From sequence record MT500539.1: a stretch of DNA of 49,209 bases; one strand, 5' to 3'. Below, piece after piece: positions 10,226-20,652 of this stretch (the stretch's first letter is position 1; every line of letters starts with the position of its first letter). The position numbers and the translations under genes are program-made. The notes below the pieces were generated by a model, which was not told the DNA's origin, did not search any database, and was given only the letters and a program-made list of their open reading frames with translations. The stretch is from Salmonella virus STSR3.

Positions 10226-12542
10226 TATTACTTGCTTGCTTGTTCTGCGATCTCCTTTTAAGTTCATCAACCTGTAGTTTCAGATCCTTAACATACCCAA
10301 GCAGATCCATAACTATTGGGTTGTTGTCTATCGACGGACGGTCTCTAGTTTCCTCTCCGATCTTGTTGCCGTATTCGTCAATAATATCCGCGACTGGCTC
10401 TCTATTATGTTTGATATATTGCGGAGCTACAAGTTCGGCCTCTTCCGCGATAATTCCGAATCGCTCGCGGTTCTTTTCATCGTCTTTATAAACGAAATTA
10501 ACCATACGAAGCGCATCAATACGGTTTACCGCTTCCGAAAGGTCTGCATCTTTTATGTCCCGCTTATATTCCGTGCCAGATGTACCCTGAAGCGCTGTTC
10601 CGCTTGAGTACGGTACGTTGATAACCAATTGACCTACGTTCGACTGCGCGCGGTTACGGGCAATAAATTGTCCTGATGTACCATTAAGAGATATCCACGT
10701 TTTCCCAACAGCATCGGCGTTTTCCGGATTCTGGTCGCGAAGCGTTACGGCTATAAATCGGTCTCCGTTAGCTAACCCACCAGAACGGCCTATTTCGGCT
10801 TGCGTGATGAATTGACCAGTAGGGGTGCCGGCGTAAATCCACCGTGGAATGACCGGAAGCTGATGTGTCCGTACTCCAAGCCTCAATAACGTTACAGTCG
10901 CGGAATCCTGACGAGAAAAGGCTCTGAGTGACGTACATCGATCCACGCGCCACTTCAACGCCGCCGATCTTATACGAACTGCGCACAAAACCACCGTTAG
11001 CAGCACCAACTGGCGGTGTGTTCTCGTCGCCGTTAAGAGACCAGACGTGTTAGCAGCCGTAAACCCTCCTGATGCGCGGATTATCCAGACACCCACAAAA
11101 GAGTTAGGCCATACCGGTTTGCACGTCCGTATACCGGAGATAGTGACGCGTCGAAAAGTTCTGAAAAATAGGTGACAGTAGGACCCGCAGAGCCAGCTAA
11201 CCCCGAGATGAAGCTTGAACCGCTTTAGGTACGACAAGCCCCGTCCCCTCTCAGGAGACGATTGGTTATATCCTGTAATGCTTGACGTTGCCGTACTACC
11301 TGAAATGTTAGGGGCGGCGCTTTCGTATACATTGCCCGCTGGTCACCCACCCTGATCGCCCCGACCAAATAGCCCCGGAATTGACCCGCTTTGAACGCCG
11401 TTTAAATCAGGCGCTCGGAATGTTGTAGATCCATCACCATTAGACCACTTACCACGATTTAATGCGCTAGATAACCAATCCGCAACGATAGGTGTGTGTT
11501 GAGCGTGCGCCCAGGGCCAAGTGCGGAGTTGACCAGCGAGAGGAACAGCCCACGCAGGAATAAATGCGCGAGAATCCCATAATTTCCCGCCGAAGTTTTG
11601 AACGCCGGTCGGACCAACTCCACCGCCGCCGCTTACGTAGTTTTCTACCCAGCGTTTTGTTGTAGCGTCGCTTACCGGACCTCCTAGCGGAGTTGCACCA
11701 ATAGGCCGATTCAGCCAAGCAGCAGCACGATCGGCAATCGAGAAATTTGCAATGAATGTTTCCGATTTTGCTGGAACATCCAGATTTGAACGCGCTAGCG
11801 CCTTGTTTACGTCTGCCGGTTTTGATCTTTATGCAACAGGTTTTCAGGGCTAACGGATTTAGCCCACTGTTCAGCCTGATCACGCGCAGTTTCAGCGCCA
11901 GCTTTAGCAGTATCAGCGCCAGCTTTTGATTCTTCCGCCGCAAATTGTGCTTCCTCAGCAGCGTCGCGAGCGTCAAGCGCTTCATTCTTAATCGATGTTG
12001 TTTCAGCAACAGCCTGATCTTTGATTGCTGTAACAGCCGCCTGATCTTTAATCTGCGTTTCGGTAACGGCAGAATCTTTAATTGTCTGCGTTTCCTGCTT
12101 AATCTGATTGGTTGCCTGTTGTGCGGCTTCCGCGCCAGCTTGAGCCGCTTGAGCATCTTTCGCTTGATCTGTATCTTTTGCGGCTTGCTCAATCCTAGCA
12201 AGATCTTATCCTGCAAATCGAAATCACGGAAAAATTCTAGCGCATCAGCGATTTCTGTCTCCTTGCTTTGATAGTAACGCAGCGTTTCAGCAACGTCTTG
12301 CGCACCATCAACAGTTAGCGAGTCATTCAGGATATAATTACCATCTGGAACAACAGCGCCGTTTGTTTGAATGGCTTTTTCCGTGTCGCTAATGTCGCTA
12401 ATTACAGCAAGAGTAGGAGTTGTTAGAAATACGATTGTTGCACCAGTGCGAATAAGGGAAAGTGGTTCCCTCCATTTTGTACCGACGCATGTGATACCTT
12501 GAGCATCTGACGCCGTACCAGTACGATATAAAGCAAATTCAC
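10226..12542 (-). CDS. Tail fibre with coiled-coil region and S74-type intramolecular chaperone C-terminus, frameshifted
   Basis: N-term [36 protein letters not shown]; Q/A-rich coiled coil; C-term [55 protein letters not shown]. Confidence 0.8.
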
Positions 12543-12606
12543 CTCATAGCATTTATTGTTAAGAAATCATTTTTCAATGCCTCATTGCATTATTTGCGGC
12601 AATAAA

Positions 12607-12626
12607 AACCCCGCCGAAGCGGGGTT
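12607..12626. terminator. Hairpin AACCCCGC-cgaa-GCGGGGTT
   Basis: 8 bp GC-rich stem with GNRA-like loop between primase 3' end and tail fibre 5' end. Confidence 0.6.
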
Positions 12627-12699
12627 GTTGAACGACAACGAAAGTCAATGAAGCAAATTAAAGACAACATCACAAAAGCAAGTCATTAGCATTAATGAT

Positions 12700-13591
12700 A
12701 TTACAATAAGCTTTCGGCTTTGTAAAGTCTCCTTTCACCTTTTTGAAATTTCCGTCAATCGGGATCATAACGTCAAGTTGTCGCTCATCTGCTGCAAAAG
12801 TTTCCTTATCATCAGCGCGGCATACAACGCGTTTGCGATCTCCTTTGTAGCGATGCGCAATTTCAAGGTTAGACGGCGTAAAGCAATTCCATACCTCTTG
12901 TCCCGTCGCCGGTGAATATGTTGTGCGTCAATCCAGTCAGTGCACAAATAGATCGTCTTACCCGTATTTCCGGTGACTGTAACACTTCCTCGCGTATAAT
13001 CCTTTGCTAAGAAACTACTTTTACCTTCCTCATTAACGAAAAGAATGTTGCATTCCTCATCCAGTTCGTCGGAGTGTACAAGGTGACACGGAATTGCGTG
13101 TATATGCTCATGCGCACCGTCGGCGTTTCGCGCCAACTTGATATGAGTCACCGTCGAAAGGATAGAACGCCTCAAAGACGCTGAGAAACGTCGCTGTGAT
13201 GGTTTCTGTTCTGACGACGTACTCGCATGATTGTGAAGCTTGAGCGCCGAAGTTGTAACCTGAACGAGCAACCTTCGCTTTGTTGACCGGAACCGGGTAC
13301 CACTCTCGCGTGTCAATCGCTTCACTGTAATTTTCACCACGTATGCGGAATAATCCGATCCTGAATCATTGCCGCACTGGTTGCATATGTTCCCGCCGTC
13401 GCCTTTCTCGTTAATTTTGTCCGTCCAACGAAATCGATCTTTACCGCCGCAATATGGGCATGGTTGGTGTTTACCGTTGAATGTCAGTTGCGGAATGTTG
13501 CAAAGCTTCATTAATGCAGTAGCCCTTCCACGCATACGCGGGATCACTTCTTCTTTCTGGTAATGTTCTATAACTCCACAGTCAAACTTTC
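12700..13591 (-). CDS. DNA primase (P4 alpha-type zinc ribbon plus likely Toprim), frameshifted
   Basis: MKLCNIPQLTFNGKHQPCPYCGGKDRFRWTDKINEKGDGGNICNQCG zinc-binding motif; remainder split across frames. Confidence 0.75.
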
Positions 13592-13637
13592 TGGAATGAT
13601 AGCGCGTTGTGTCTTATTTTTTAGCTTTTAGTGCGCT
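13592..13637 (-). promoter_or_regulatory. Dispersed element variant (AGCGCACTAAAAGCTAAAAAA) with TATCAT about 20 nt downstream
   Basis: Reverse complement read of 13592-13637 upstream of the primase gene. Confidence 0.5.
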
Positions 13638-13689
13638 TGTAGTCCATCATGTGACGCTTTTGCAGGTTAGAGTAAGGGGCTTTCCGTTA

Positions 13690-13890
13690 TTGTCAAACTC
13701 AAGATCTGGACGGCAAAATGTTGCAGTGTATCCAGTAAATCCATTCTTTTGTGATGATAATGAACTCGCCTCGCCACTTCTGGCGGAATCATGCCGCGCA
13801 ACCTGTAAGCGTTTGTTAACCTGCAAACATCAACCTTTAAAGCCTTTGCCATTTCAGAGAAGCCGCCGAAATGGTCAATAACAATGTCAA
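13690..13890 (-). CDS. Cro/YdaS-like helix-turn-helix regulator
   Basis: KARFDIVIDHFGGFSEMAKALKVDV...RLRGMIPPEVARRVHYH, within minus ORF 13667-14059. Confidence 0.5.
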
Positions 13891-14053
13891 AGCGAGCCTT
13901 TAACCCCGCTCTAACTTCCGGTTTTAGTCTCCATTTTGGTGGTATTTTTCGCTGTTTCTTGTCCTTTCCGCGCCTTGTTCCGTTGTTGCCGTTAATGCAT
14001 CTTTTATCAATTTCACCTGTTGAGGCTGCAACTCTTTTGTTGTTTTTTAGTCT

Positions 14054-14096
14054 CCGCATTTATGCTAAAACAAATCATCTTGCTTGTGTATCATAT
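14054..14096 (+). promoter_or_regulatory. Dispersed element variant (CCGCATTTATGCTAAAAC) with TATCAT about 21 nt downstream
   Basis: Upstream of helicase start at 14122. Confidence 0.45.
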
Positions 14097-14121
14097 GTAT
14101 CAAATGGCTTTTAGTAAAGGA

Positions 14122-16090
14122 ATGACAATGATCCCGAACATTGAAAAACAGTTAGCCTCATTGGGTGATGAAAAGATTGCAGCAATACAGAAACGTTTCA
14201 CTGTCGGTGAGATTGTGCCTTATCCGTATCAGTGCGTTGCATACACGGAGATCGCAAAACGGCTAGCAAGATATGAACATCCGTTTTTCGTAAAGGCGGC
14301 GGTATCAGCAGGTAAGACAATAATCTTTGCTATGGTTGCGGCTCAGTGTCGAAAGATGGGGTTGAAAATGCTGACGCTTGCCCGTCAATCTGAGATTGTG
14401 GATCAGGACTCAAAGGAGATTAGCTCGTTCGGTGTTCCTAATTCAGTTTATTGTGCTGGGCTTGGATTGCGCGGCGCTCACTTCCCGATCGTTGTCGGAT
14501 CGGAAGGACTGTTATCAATGGGCTTGAAAAGGCGTGTGACTACCCAGACGTTTTGGGGATTGATGAGTGCCATCAGGTTAACTGGAATGATATTGAGGCT
14601 CGCGAGAATAACGAAACTTAGCAGAAAACGCCGAAAGGTGATCTTGTTCCAAATCCTGATTACGACACAAACCCTAAAGGAAAAGATTCCTTGGTGGCTT
14701 GCCGCTAAAGGGTACAGGACGTACACAATACACCGTTATCATAACCATGCGCAAGCGTTGCCTAACCAACGGTCGAGAGTTGCGAATTTTCGGAATGACA
14801 GGATCGGAATATCGCGGCGTGCCAATTCTTATCGAAGACATGCGAATCCACGGTTTTGGCGCGAACAGACAAACATCGATACTGACTACCTTGTTAAGTT
14901 CGGATCTGTTCCTACATTTGGCGATGTTGGCGATCTTGGGTATGACCTGTCAGAGTTCCATAGCGAGCATGAATTAGGTGTTGCAGATTACTCAGAGGCG
15001 CAACTAAAAGCGAGTAAGAAGATCCACGAATCTGGAACCACGCAGCAGATCATGAACATGGTTCACGAAGTGATGAAAACCGTGCTTTGCGCACTGGTAA
15101 CTTGCGCCGATGCTCGTCACTGCAAGGAAGCCGCCGCCGCTTTGCCACACGGAACGCCTTACCACATCATTACTGGTAAGACCGGAGAGAAGCAGCGCCG
15201 CGAATGGCTAAACGACGCATACGAAGGTAAAGTTAAATACATTTTCCGTGTTAAGGCTCTAACCACTGGCGTTAATATTCCGCCGTGGGACACGTCTGTA
15301 ATTCTGCGTAAAATCGGATCGTTGACTTTATTGGTTCAGCTTTTAGGTCGTGGAATGCGGCAATTAAAGAGCTATCATAAGAATGAGCTTGGAATGACAA
15401 AAACGGATCATCTTGTTCTTGATTTTTCTGGAACAATGTTCGAAATGGGTGAGTTATATTTCAATCCCATTCTTGAACAGGCGCAATATCAGCTACGCAA
15501 GAACGGTAAAAAGATCCGTTATATTGCCCGATTTGCAAAACTGAAAACTCAGGTTATGCGCGGCGATGTATTCATGAGGATGAAAATGGTAAACGTTGCG
15601 AACACTTTTGGGTTTACCAGAATGCGAGGATATAATAGATCCAACCAAAAAGATTATCAAAAAGGTTGTGGCACTAAAACGACCCATCAGCGCGAGATTG
15701 CCGTCATTGCGGAGAGCGATAAGATCCGAATGACGAACAGAAAACAGCATACAGACACGACGAATATTATGATGTTGTTGAATTTAAGGTTGAGACGAGC
15801 AACGGAAACGGAATTCTGTTCCGGTATGACTTACGAGGAATTAACGGCGAGTCGTTTGTTGCATACGAAAAATTTTGGGTGCAAAGTGATTCTAAATGGA
15901 TTAGAAACTCATGGAAATCAACATGCTTTAAGCATATTTTAGATAAGCGTATTGCAGGTGCTACGGCATCATATAAAGATGCACGTAAGGTAATGATGAA
16001 TGCTCACCACTTCTTAGCGCCTAAGCGCGTTTCATGGCGCAAGAATACGAAGGGCGAAGATATGATCGGAAATAAGGAATATTTATAAAG
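14122..16090 (+). CDS. Superfamily II (DEAD/DEAH) helicase, frameshifted
   Basis: MTMIPNIEKQLASLGDEKIAAIQ...YPYQCVAYTEIAKRLARYEHPFFVKAAVSAGKTIIFAMVAAQCRKMG; later TALTTGVNIPPWDTSVILRK, QLLGRGMR. Confidence 0.85.
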
Positions 16091-16158
16091 AGTTTTACGA
16101 AAAAGACAGCACAGACACCAGATCGGAAGATGCGCATCAGATAGACGCTATAGCGTGG

Positions 16159-16530
16159 ATGCGCTACCAGTTCCCTACATGGATCACGTTTCATGTTAAC
16201 AACGAAGGCAAGAAAAGCCCCGGACAGGCTAACAAGGATCAGATGAAGGGATTGTTAAAGGGTGTGCCGGATATCCTGATTATTCCTGACCGGACGCAAT
16301 GCAAATATGGCTTCATTGCCATTGAACTAAAACGCGCTAAGAAATCACTTTCTAAGGTTTCAGATGATCAGAAGAAGTTTCTTAGCAGGGTAACGGAAAA
16401 TGGAGGCTTTGCCGCGCTATGCTATGGTGCTGACCGTGTTCAAGCGGCAATACAAGAGGCACTAAAACACTTTTGCAACAAAGCCCCAGCAATGGGGCAT
16501 ACTTGCAACGAAACAAAAAGGAGAAATTAA
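16159..16530 (+). CDS. VRR-NUC domain nuclease (5' end probably slightly upstream)
   Basis: FHVNNEGKKS...GVPDILIIPD...GFIAIELKRAKKSLSKVSDDQKKFL..NGGFAALCYGADRVQAAI. Confidence 0.8.
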   Translation: MRYQFPTWITFHVNNEGKKSPGQANKDQMKGLLKGVPDILIIPDRTQCKYGFIAIELKRAKKSLSKVSDDQKKFLSRVTENGGFAALCYGADRVQAAIQEALKHFCNKAPAMGHTCNETKRRN

Positions 16531-16531
16531 A

Positions 16532-17241
16532 ATGGCAAAAGATATTTTAGACAAAAGCACGATTGACGGCGTTGAAAAAGTTGACGAAATGGATATTCAC
16601 GAATTGCAACACGGATCTTATTCAAGCATTGCTTTGCGCTCAGGCGGTCATTATCAACCAGTAAGAGAAAATACATTTTTAAAGCTGGCAACCATTACGC
16701 CGGAAGTAAAACACCCGATGTTGTTCGAGATTTGTGGGAAACTCCAGACGAAATTGTTGAGTATCGCGAGCGCTACGGAGAGTATGATCTTGATGCAGCA
16801 GCCACGGAAGGTAATAAAAATGGTTCTACAGGGAAACAAACTGCTTGAAGCGTTGGTGGGGCAAACACGTGTTAAATCCTCCATATTCAAATCCAGATCC
16901 GTTTGTCAAAAAGCAATTGAGCAAGAACACGGAAACCAGATTGACATTTTGCTTCCAGCAGACAATTCTACAGCATGGTTTAGTGATGCAGTTAAACACG
17001 CGGCTGAAGTTATCTGGATCACTGGCGAAACATGGGTAGACGATGGTCGCGAATATTCTAGAACAGGAGATTGGCGTTTATTTCTGGGCCTGGTGAATCA
17101 GTACAAGGAAATAATAAAGGCAGCGTGGTATTTATCATGCGCAAACTTAAAGAGGGTGAGAAACAACAAACTCACTATGTACCAATCAGTGAAATATGCC
17201 CTTCCGTTATGGATCGTAGAGTAAAAGCGCGGAGTTTATAA
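16532..17241 (+). CDS. Phage N-6-adenine DNA methyltransferase (Dam-like), frameshifted
   Basis: 'ETPDEIVEYRERYGEYDLDAAATE' and 'VLNPPYSNPDPFVKK' across frames: target-recognition and catalytic (D/N)PPY motif. Confidence 0.8.
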
Positions 17242-17924
17242 TGAACGTTATTTCAGATGATCAGTTGTGGCCTTTGTTTATCGGCATGGTATGCGAGACT
17301 CTAACGCGAGAAGGTTTTGTTGGTGACAAATACGAGTTCGCTACATCACTAGATATGAGCTTTGATGAAATTCTCACGCTACCGATTAGCGATTGGAAAT
17401 CTGCCATTAATGAGGATTTGGAGGAATACAGAGCGAAAGAAGGCGCTGATTTCTTCAAACACTTTTGTAAGCCCGCAAGGGTTTGTTATTATGTATCCAA
17501 CGAAACGAACTGGAGACACGAAAATGAAAATTTACAGCAAAAGGCTTTTAAACTGGCTCAGGATATCGCAGAAATCGCCGTTAAAATGGAAGTGAAAACG
17601 GACAATTCGATTGGCATAGCGCAATGGTATTCCCGGCTATTGCATACGGTCACCACAAAAATCCAGAAGATAAAACAGATGGAATTATTACTACAAAGAT
17701 CACGAAGGGTAAAAAACGGAATCGAAAAAGGCGGTCTTGATGAAGGGATCGCCAAGATAGCTAAGTATTTCGATATTAAAGATGTTTGCGTTATTGTTGG
17801 CGATGAAATGGCATATGTAGAGGAAAAGCCGCGAAAGGTTGTTAGGGTTCCGGCTATTCCTACAAAAATCGACTACAAAGCCATACTTGAAAAGACTAAA
17901 GAGCAGAAGAAGTATTATAAATGA
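17241..17924 (+). CDS. Hypothetical protein, 227 aa
   Basis: ORF immediately after methylase stop; possibly more than one gene fused by an indel. Confidence 0.5.
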   Translation: MNVISDDQLWPLFIGMVCETLTREGFVGDKYEFATSLDMSFDEILTLPISDWKSAINEDLEEYRAKEGADFFKHFCKPARVCYYVSNETNWRHENENLQQKAFKLAQDIAEIAVKMEVKTDNSIGIAQWYSRLLHTVTTKIQKIKQMELLLQRSRRVKNGIEKGGLDEGIAKIAKYFDIKDVCVIVGDEMAYVEEKPRKVVRVPAIPTKIDYKAILEKTKEQKKYYK

Positions 17925-17998
17925 AAATGTTATTCACTGTTACTTTCTTGTTGCCAGTTGCGGCTCGGTGTATCATGTACGCCGTTATTATGAGTTAA
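17921..17998 (+). CDS. Very small membrane peptide MKMLFTVTFLLPVAARCIMYAVIMS
   Basis: ATG overlapping previous stop, hydrophobic, stop before 18012 gene. Confidence 0.3.
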   Translation: MKMLFTVTFLLPVAARCIMYAVIMS

Positions 17999-18011
17999 GA
18001 GGAATTGAGAA

Positions 18012-19130
18012 ATGGCCTTTACATCAAAGATCACAGACGAACAATTTATTGCAGAGCGAGAGGCTGGGAAAACATATAAGCAGATCGCGCTAGAGTACAA
18101 CATGAACGTTAGAAGCGTTGAGCGCCGCGCCGCAAAGCTGGCTAAGTTGGGCGAGACGTCAACTATCGGCGCACCGTGGTTTGCGGTTATCGGTGAATCC
18201 AAACTGGTAGACAAAGACGGCAACACAAAGCTAACCCGGATTAAGACGCACAAAGACAAAGATCAGCTTGAGGCGATCATGAATGCGGCTATGGTTGCAT
18301 TTTCCGAAGAAGTTCCACGACTTGAACCAGTGCCGGAAACCAACACTGATTATTCTGAAACGCTTGCGCTATATCCGATCTTTGATATGCACATTGGGGC
18401 GATGTCTCACAAGCACGAAAGCGGTGAGAACTACGATACAGCAACGGCGGAAAACGTAATGAACAAGTTTTTCGATTATGCCGTTGATAAAGCGCCACGA
18501 AGCGAGAAAGCCGTATTGCTGATTGGTGGTGATATGCTTCACAGTGACGGCCCGGAGGCTGTAACGCCTGCAAGCGGTCACGTTCTGGATCAAGATTCAC
18601 GCTATGCAAAACTTGTTTATGTGGCAATCCGCGCAACGCGCCGCGCTATTAATCTTATGCTCACTAAACACAAAGAAATTGAGATCCAGATTATCGAGGG
18701 AAACCACGACCAAAGCGGCATGATTTGGTTACGCGCTGCAATGGCGGCGGCGTATGAGGATGAACCACGCGTAAACGTAGACGTTTCACCGCGTGTCGTG
18801 CATCACACGCAATACGGAAAAACGTTCCTTGCTTATCATCACGGTCACACTGTACGCAAGCCGGAAACCCTGCTAATGATGTGTGCGGCAGATTGGCGCG
18901 AGGATTTCGGGAAGTCTAATTCCATGTATGCTCACGTAGGACACTGGCATCATCAGACCGTAACAGAAACAAGTCTTGGTATTGTTGAAGTTCATAGCAC
19001 TATGGCGGCTAAGGATGCATATGCGGCTCGCGGTGGTTGGCGCTCACGCCGTCGAGCGGCGGTAATTGTGTATGATAAGGAGTTTGGCGAAGTTGGGCGG
19101 TTCATGTTCTACCCTGAAATGATCAATTAA
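18012..19130 (+). CDS. Calcineurin-like metallophosphatase with N-terminal HTH segment
   Basis: Intact 372 aa ORF: FDMHIGA, GGDMLHSD, GNHD, GHWH motifs. Confidence 0.9.
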   Translation: MAFTSKITDEQFIAEREAGKTYKQIALEYNMNVRSVERRAAKLAKLGETSTIGAPWFAVIGESKLVDKDGNTKLTRIKTHKDKDQLEAIMNAAMVAFSEEVPRLEPVPETNTDYSETLALYPIFDMHIGAMSHKHESGENYDTATAENVMNKFFDYAVDKAPRSEKAVLLIGGDMLHSDGPEAVTPASGHVLDQDSRYAKLVYVAIRATRRAINLMLTKHKEIEIQIIEGNHDQSGMIWLRAAMAAAYEDEPRVNVDVSPRVVHHTQYGKTFLAYHHGHTVRKPETLLMMCAADWREDFGKSNSMYAHVGHWHHQTVTETSLGIVEVHSTMAAKDAYAARGGWRSRRRAAVIVYDKEFGEVGRFMFYPEMIN

Positions 19131-19142
19131 TAAACAATAGAA

Positions 19143-19172
19143 TAAAAGGCTGGCTTAAATGCTAGCCTTTTT
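19143..19172 (+). terminator. Terminator AAAGGCTGGC-ttaaat-GCTAGCCTTTTT
   Basis: 10 bp stem (one wobble) plus T run after metallophosphatase. Confidence 0.8.
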
Positions 19173-19176
19173 GTTC

Positions 19177-19192
19177 TGCGTTTATTATAATC
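19177..19192 (+). promoter_or_regulatory. Promoter -10 region (CTGCG-N5-TATAAT) ahead of lysis genes
   Basis: TATAAT 19187-19192 directly after terminator; similar to CTGCG-N6-TATAAT at 34684-34700. Confidence 0.5.
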
Positions 19193-19228
19193 ATGTCTTG
19201 ACAAATTATTAACTTTGAGGATCTGATT

Positions 19229-19475
19229 ATGTTTTTACGAGAATTTTCTACTGGAGGGATGGCGACGGCTGGCGGTGTTACTTTTGGATCTGCATTTTCC
19301 GGTGAGTTGCTTGTTTCAGTTATCGGACTTGTCATTATGACTATTTTTGGCGTTGTTGGTCTTTATTTGAAATGGCGTGATAGTAAGGCAATTCAAGAGG
19401 CGCTTAAAGATGGAGATCTAAAAGAGGCGATTAATATTCGACTTAAATTGGGGGCAAAACATGCGGAACAAAATA
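19229..19475 (+). CDS. Holin candidate (two hydrophobic segments), 3' end frameshifted
   Basis: MFLREFSTGGMATAGGVTFGSAFSGELLVSVIGLVIMTIFGVVGLYLKWRDSKAIQEAL upstream of and overlapping endolysin. Confidence 0.65.
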
Positions 19476-19907
19476 ATCGGCTTTGCTGTTGCTATTGCAA
19501 TGTCCGTTGGATTAATAGAAACGCTTGAGGGTGTGGAATATAAGCCTTATAAGGATATTGCCGGGATTTGGACTGTATGCAGTGGCGTAACTGGTTCTGA
19601 TGTTATACCGTGCAAGTTATACACGGAAAGGGAATGCAAGATCCTAAACGAAAAACATAGCAAGTGGGCGCGTGATACTGTTGATCGTCTTGTTAAGGTT
19701 GAAATTCCTGACTCAATGCGAGCGGCTTTATATAGCCACACATACCACACTGGCAGTGGCGCATTTTCCGTGTCTACCATTCTCAAGGAAGTCAACAAAG
19801 GCAACCTGTATAAATCTTGCGAACATCTTTATGATTGGGTTTATTACACCGATCCGAAAACTAAGAAAAGAAATTCAGCAAGGGGCTATGGAATCGCAAA
19901 ACCATGA
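19461..19907 (+). CDS. Endolysin, GH24 family, likely SAR (signal-anchor-release) type
   Basis: MRNKIIGFAVAIAMSVGLIETLEGVEYKPYKDIAGIWTVCSGVT: N-terminal weak hydrophobic segment and E-8-D-5-T catalytic spacing. Confidence 0.85.
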   Translation: MRNKIIGFAVAIAMSVGLIETLEGVEYKPYKDIAGIWTVCSGVTGSDVIPCKLYTERECKILNEKHSKWARDTVDRLVKVEIPDSMRAALYSHTYHTGSGAFSVSTILKEVNKGNLYKSCEHLYDWVYYTDPKTKKRNSARGYGIAKP

Positions 19908-19934
19908 GTTTCAAGTATGCGTGAGGGATCTTAA

Positions 19935-20340
19935 ATGAAATGGTTAAAATTTCTGTATCCGTTTGCTGTTGTTATATTTGCGTGTTTTATTGTGGCGTGT
20001 TCACCGTCAAGCGCACTTACTGGCCTGATTGGTAGCAAGCCAGAAGTGACGGCGCAAGTTGGTGCTGAGAATGTGAAACAAACTGTTGGCGTTACTGCAA
20101 AACAGGACGCTTCAAGCAAGCAGGAAACCACATTCAAAGAATCGGCAGTTGGTAAAGTTGATACGTCGAACAAAAACAGGTTAGCACTTCAAGCATTAAG
20201 GCTGATAATATCACAGCCGATAGGATTGAGATCCGCAATAGTGATTCTGAATCCCGCAAATGGCGCTGGCTTTTTATCGCTGGCATCACCGGATCTGGAT
20301 TGACGGCGATTTACGCAACACGCAGAAACAAAAAGCCCCG
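19935..20340 (+). CDS. Unimolecular spanin (u-spanin) candidate, frameshifted
   Basis: MKWLKFLYPFAVVIFACFIVAC lipobox at N-terminus; alternative frame at the 3' end gives RKWRWLFIAGITGSGLTAIYATRRNKK, a C-terminal TM with basic tail. Confidence 0.65.
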
Positions 20341-20353
20341 TAATTGGGGCTTT
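20332..20353. terminator. Bidirectional terminator AAAGCCCCG-TAAT-TGGGGCTTT between convergent units
   Basis: Symmetric GC stem with A and T runs. Confidence 0.85.
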
Positions 20354-20362
20354 ATTTTATCC

Positions 20363-20622
20363 AAAACTTTTAACTCAAAATCTTCTTCCGCCCGGTTTGC
20401 TACGCTTTTGAACATTTGCTCAAGGCTTTCGAAACTCATTTTCTTTGCTATTTCATCGGCGCTAAAACCTTCATCCTCAAGGTTGCGAGCTTGGCAATAA
20501 TGCATTTCAAGATTATCTAAATATTTGTTACCAGTCGGAATTGCCTCATCAATTTTGTCCCACACGATCCAGAAGTTTGTTTTATCCGCCGCCGCTAATA
20601 CGATGCTATTTTTGTTTTCCAT
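20363..20622 (-). CDS. Hypothetical protein
   Basis: MENKNSIVLAAADKTNFWIVWDKIDEAIPTGNKYLDNLEMHYCQARNLEDEGFSADEIAKKMSFESLEQMFKSVANRAEEDFELKVLDKIKPQLRG. Confidence 0.6.
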
Positions 20623-20652
20623 TTTGCAATCCTCGATTCGTTTCGTTGAATG

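Noticed and set aside
9564-11237. Minus-strand ORF extending through the terminator and across the SSB gene
   Set aside because: The extension beyond about 10226 is out of frame with the true fibre stop (TAATAA is present in another frame just before the hairpin); caused by an indel.
11467-12216. Highly basic K/R/L-rich 249 aa ORF as a novel DNA-binding protein
   Set aside because: It is an alternate frame of the Q/A-rich coiled-coil portion of the tail fibre; low-complexity composition explains it.
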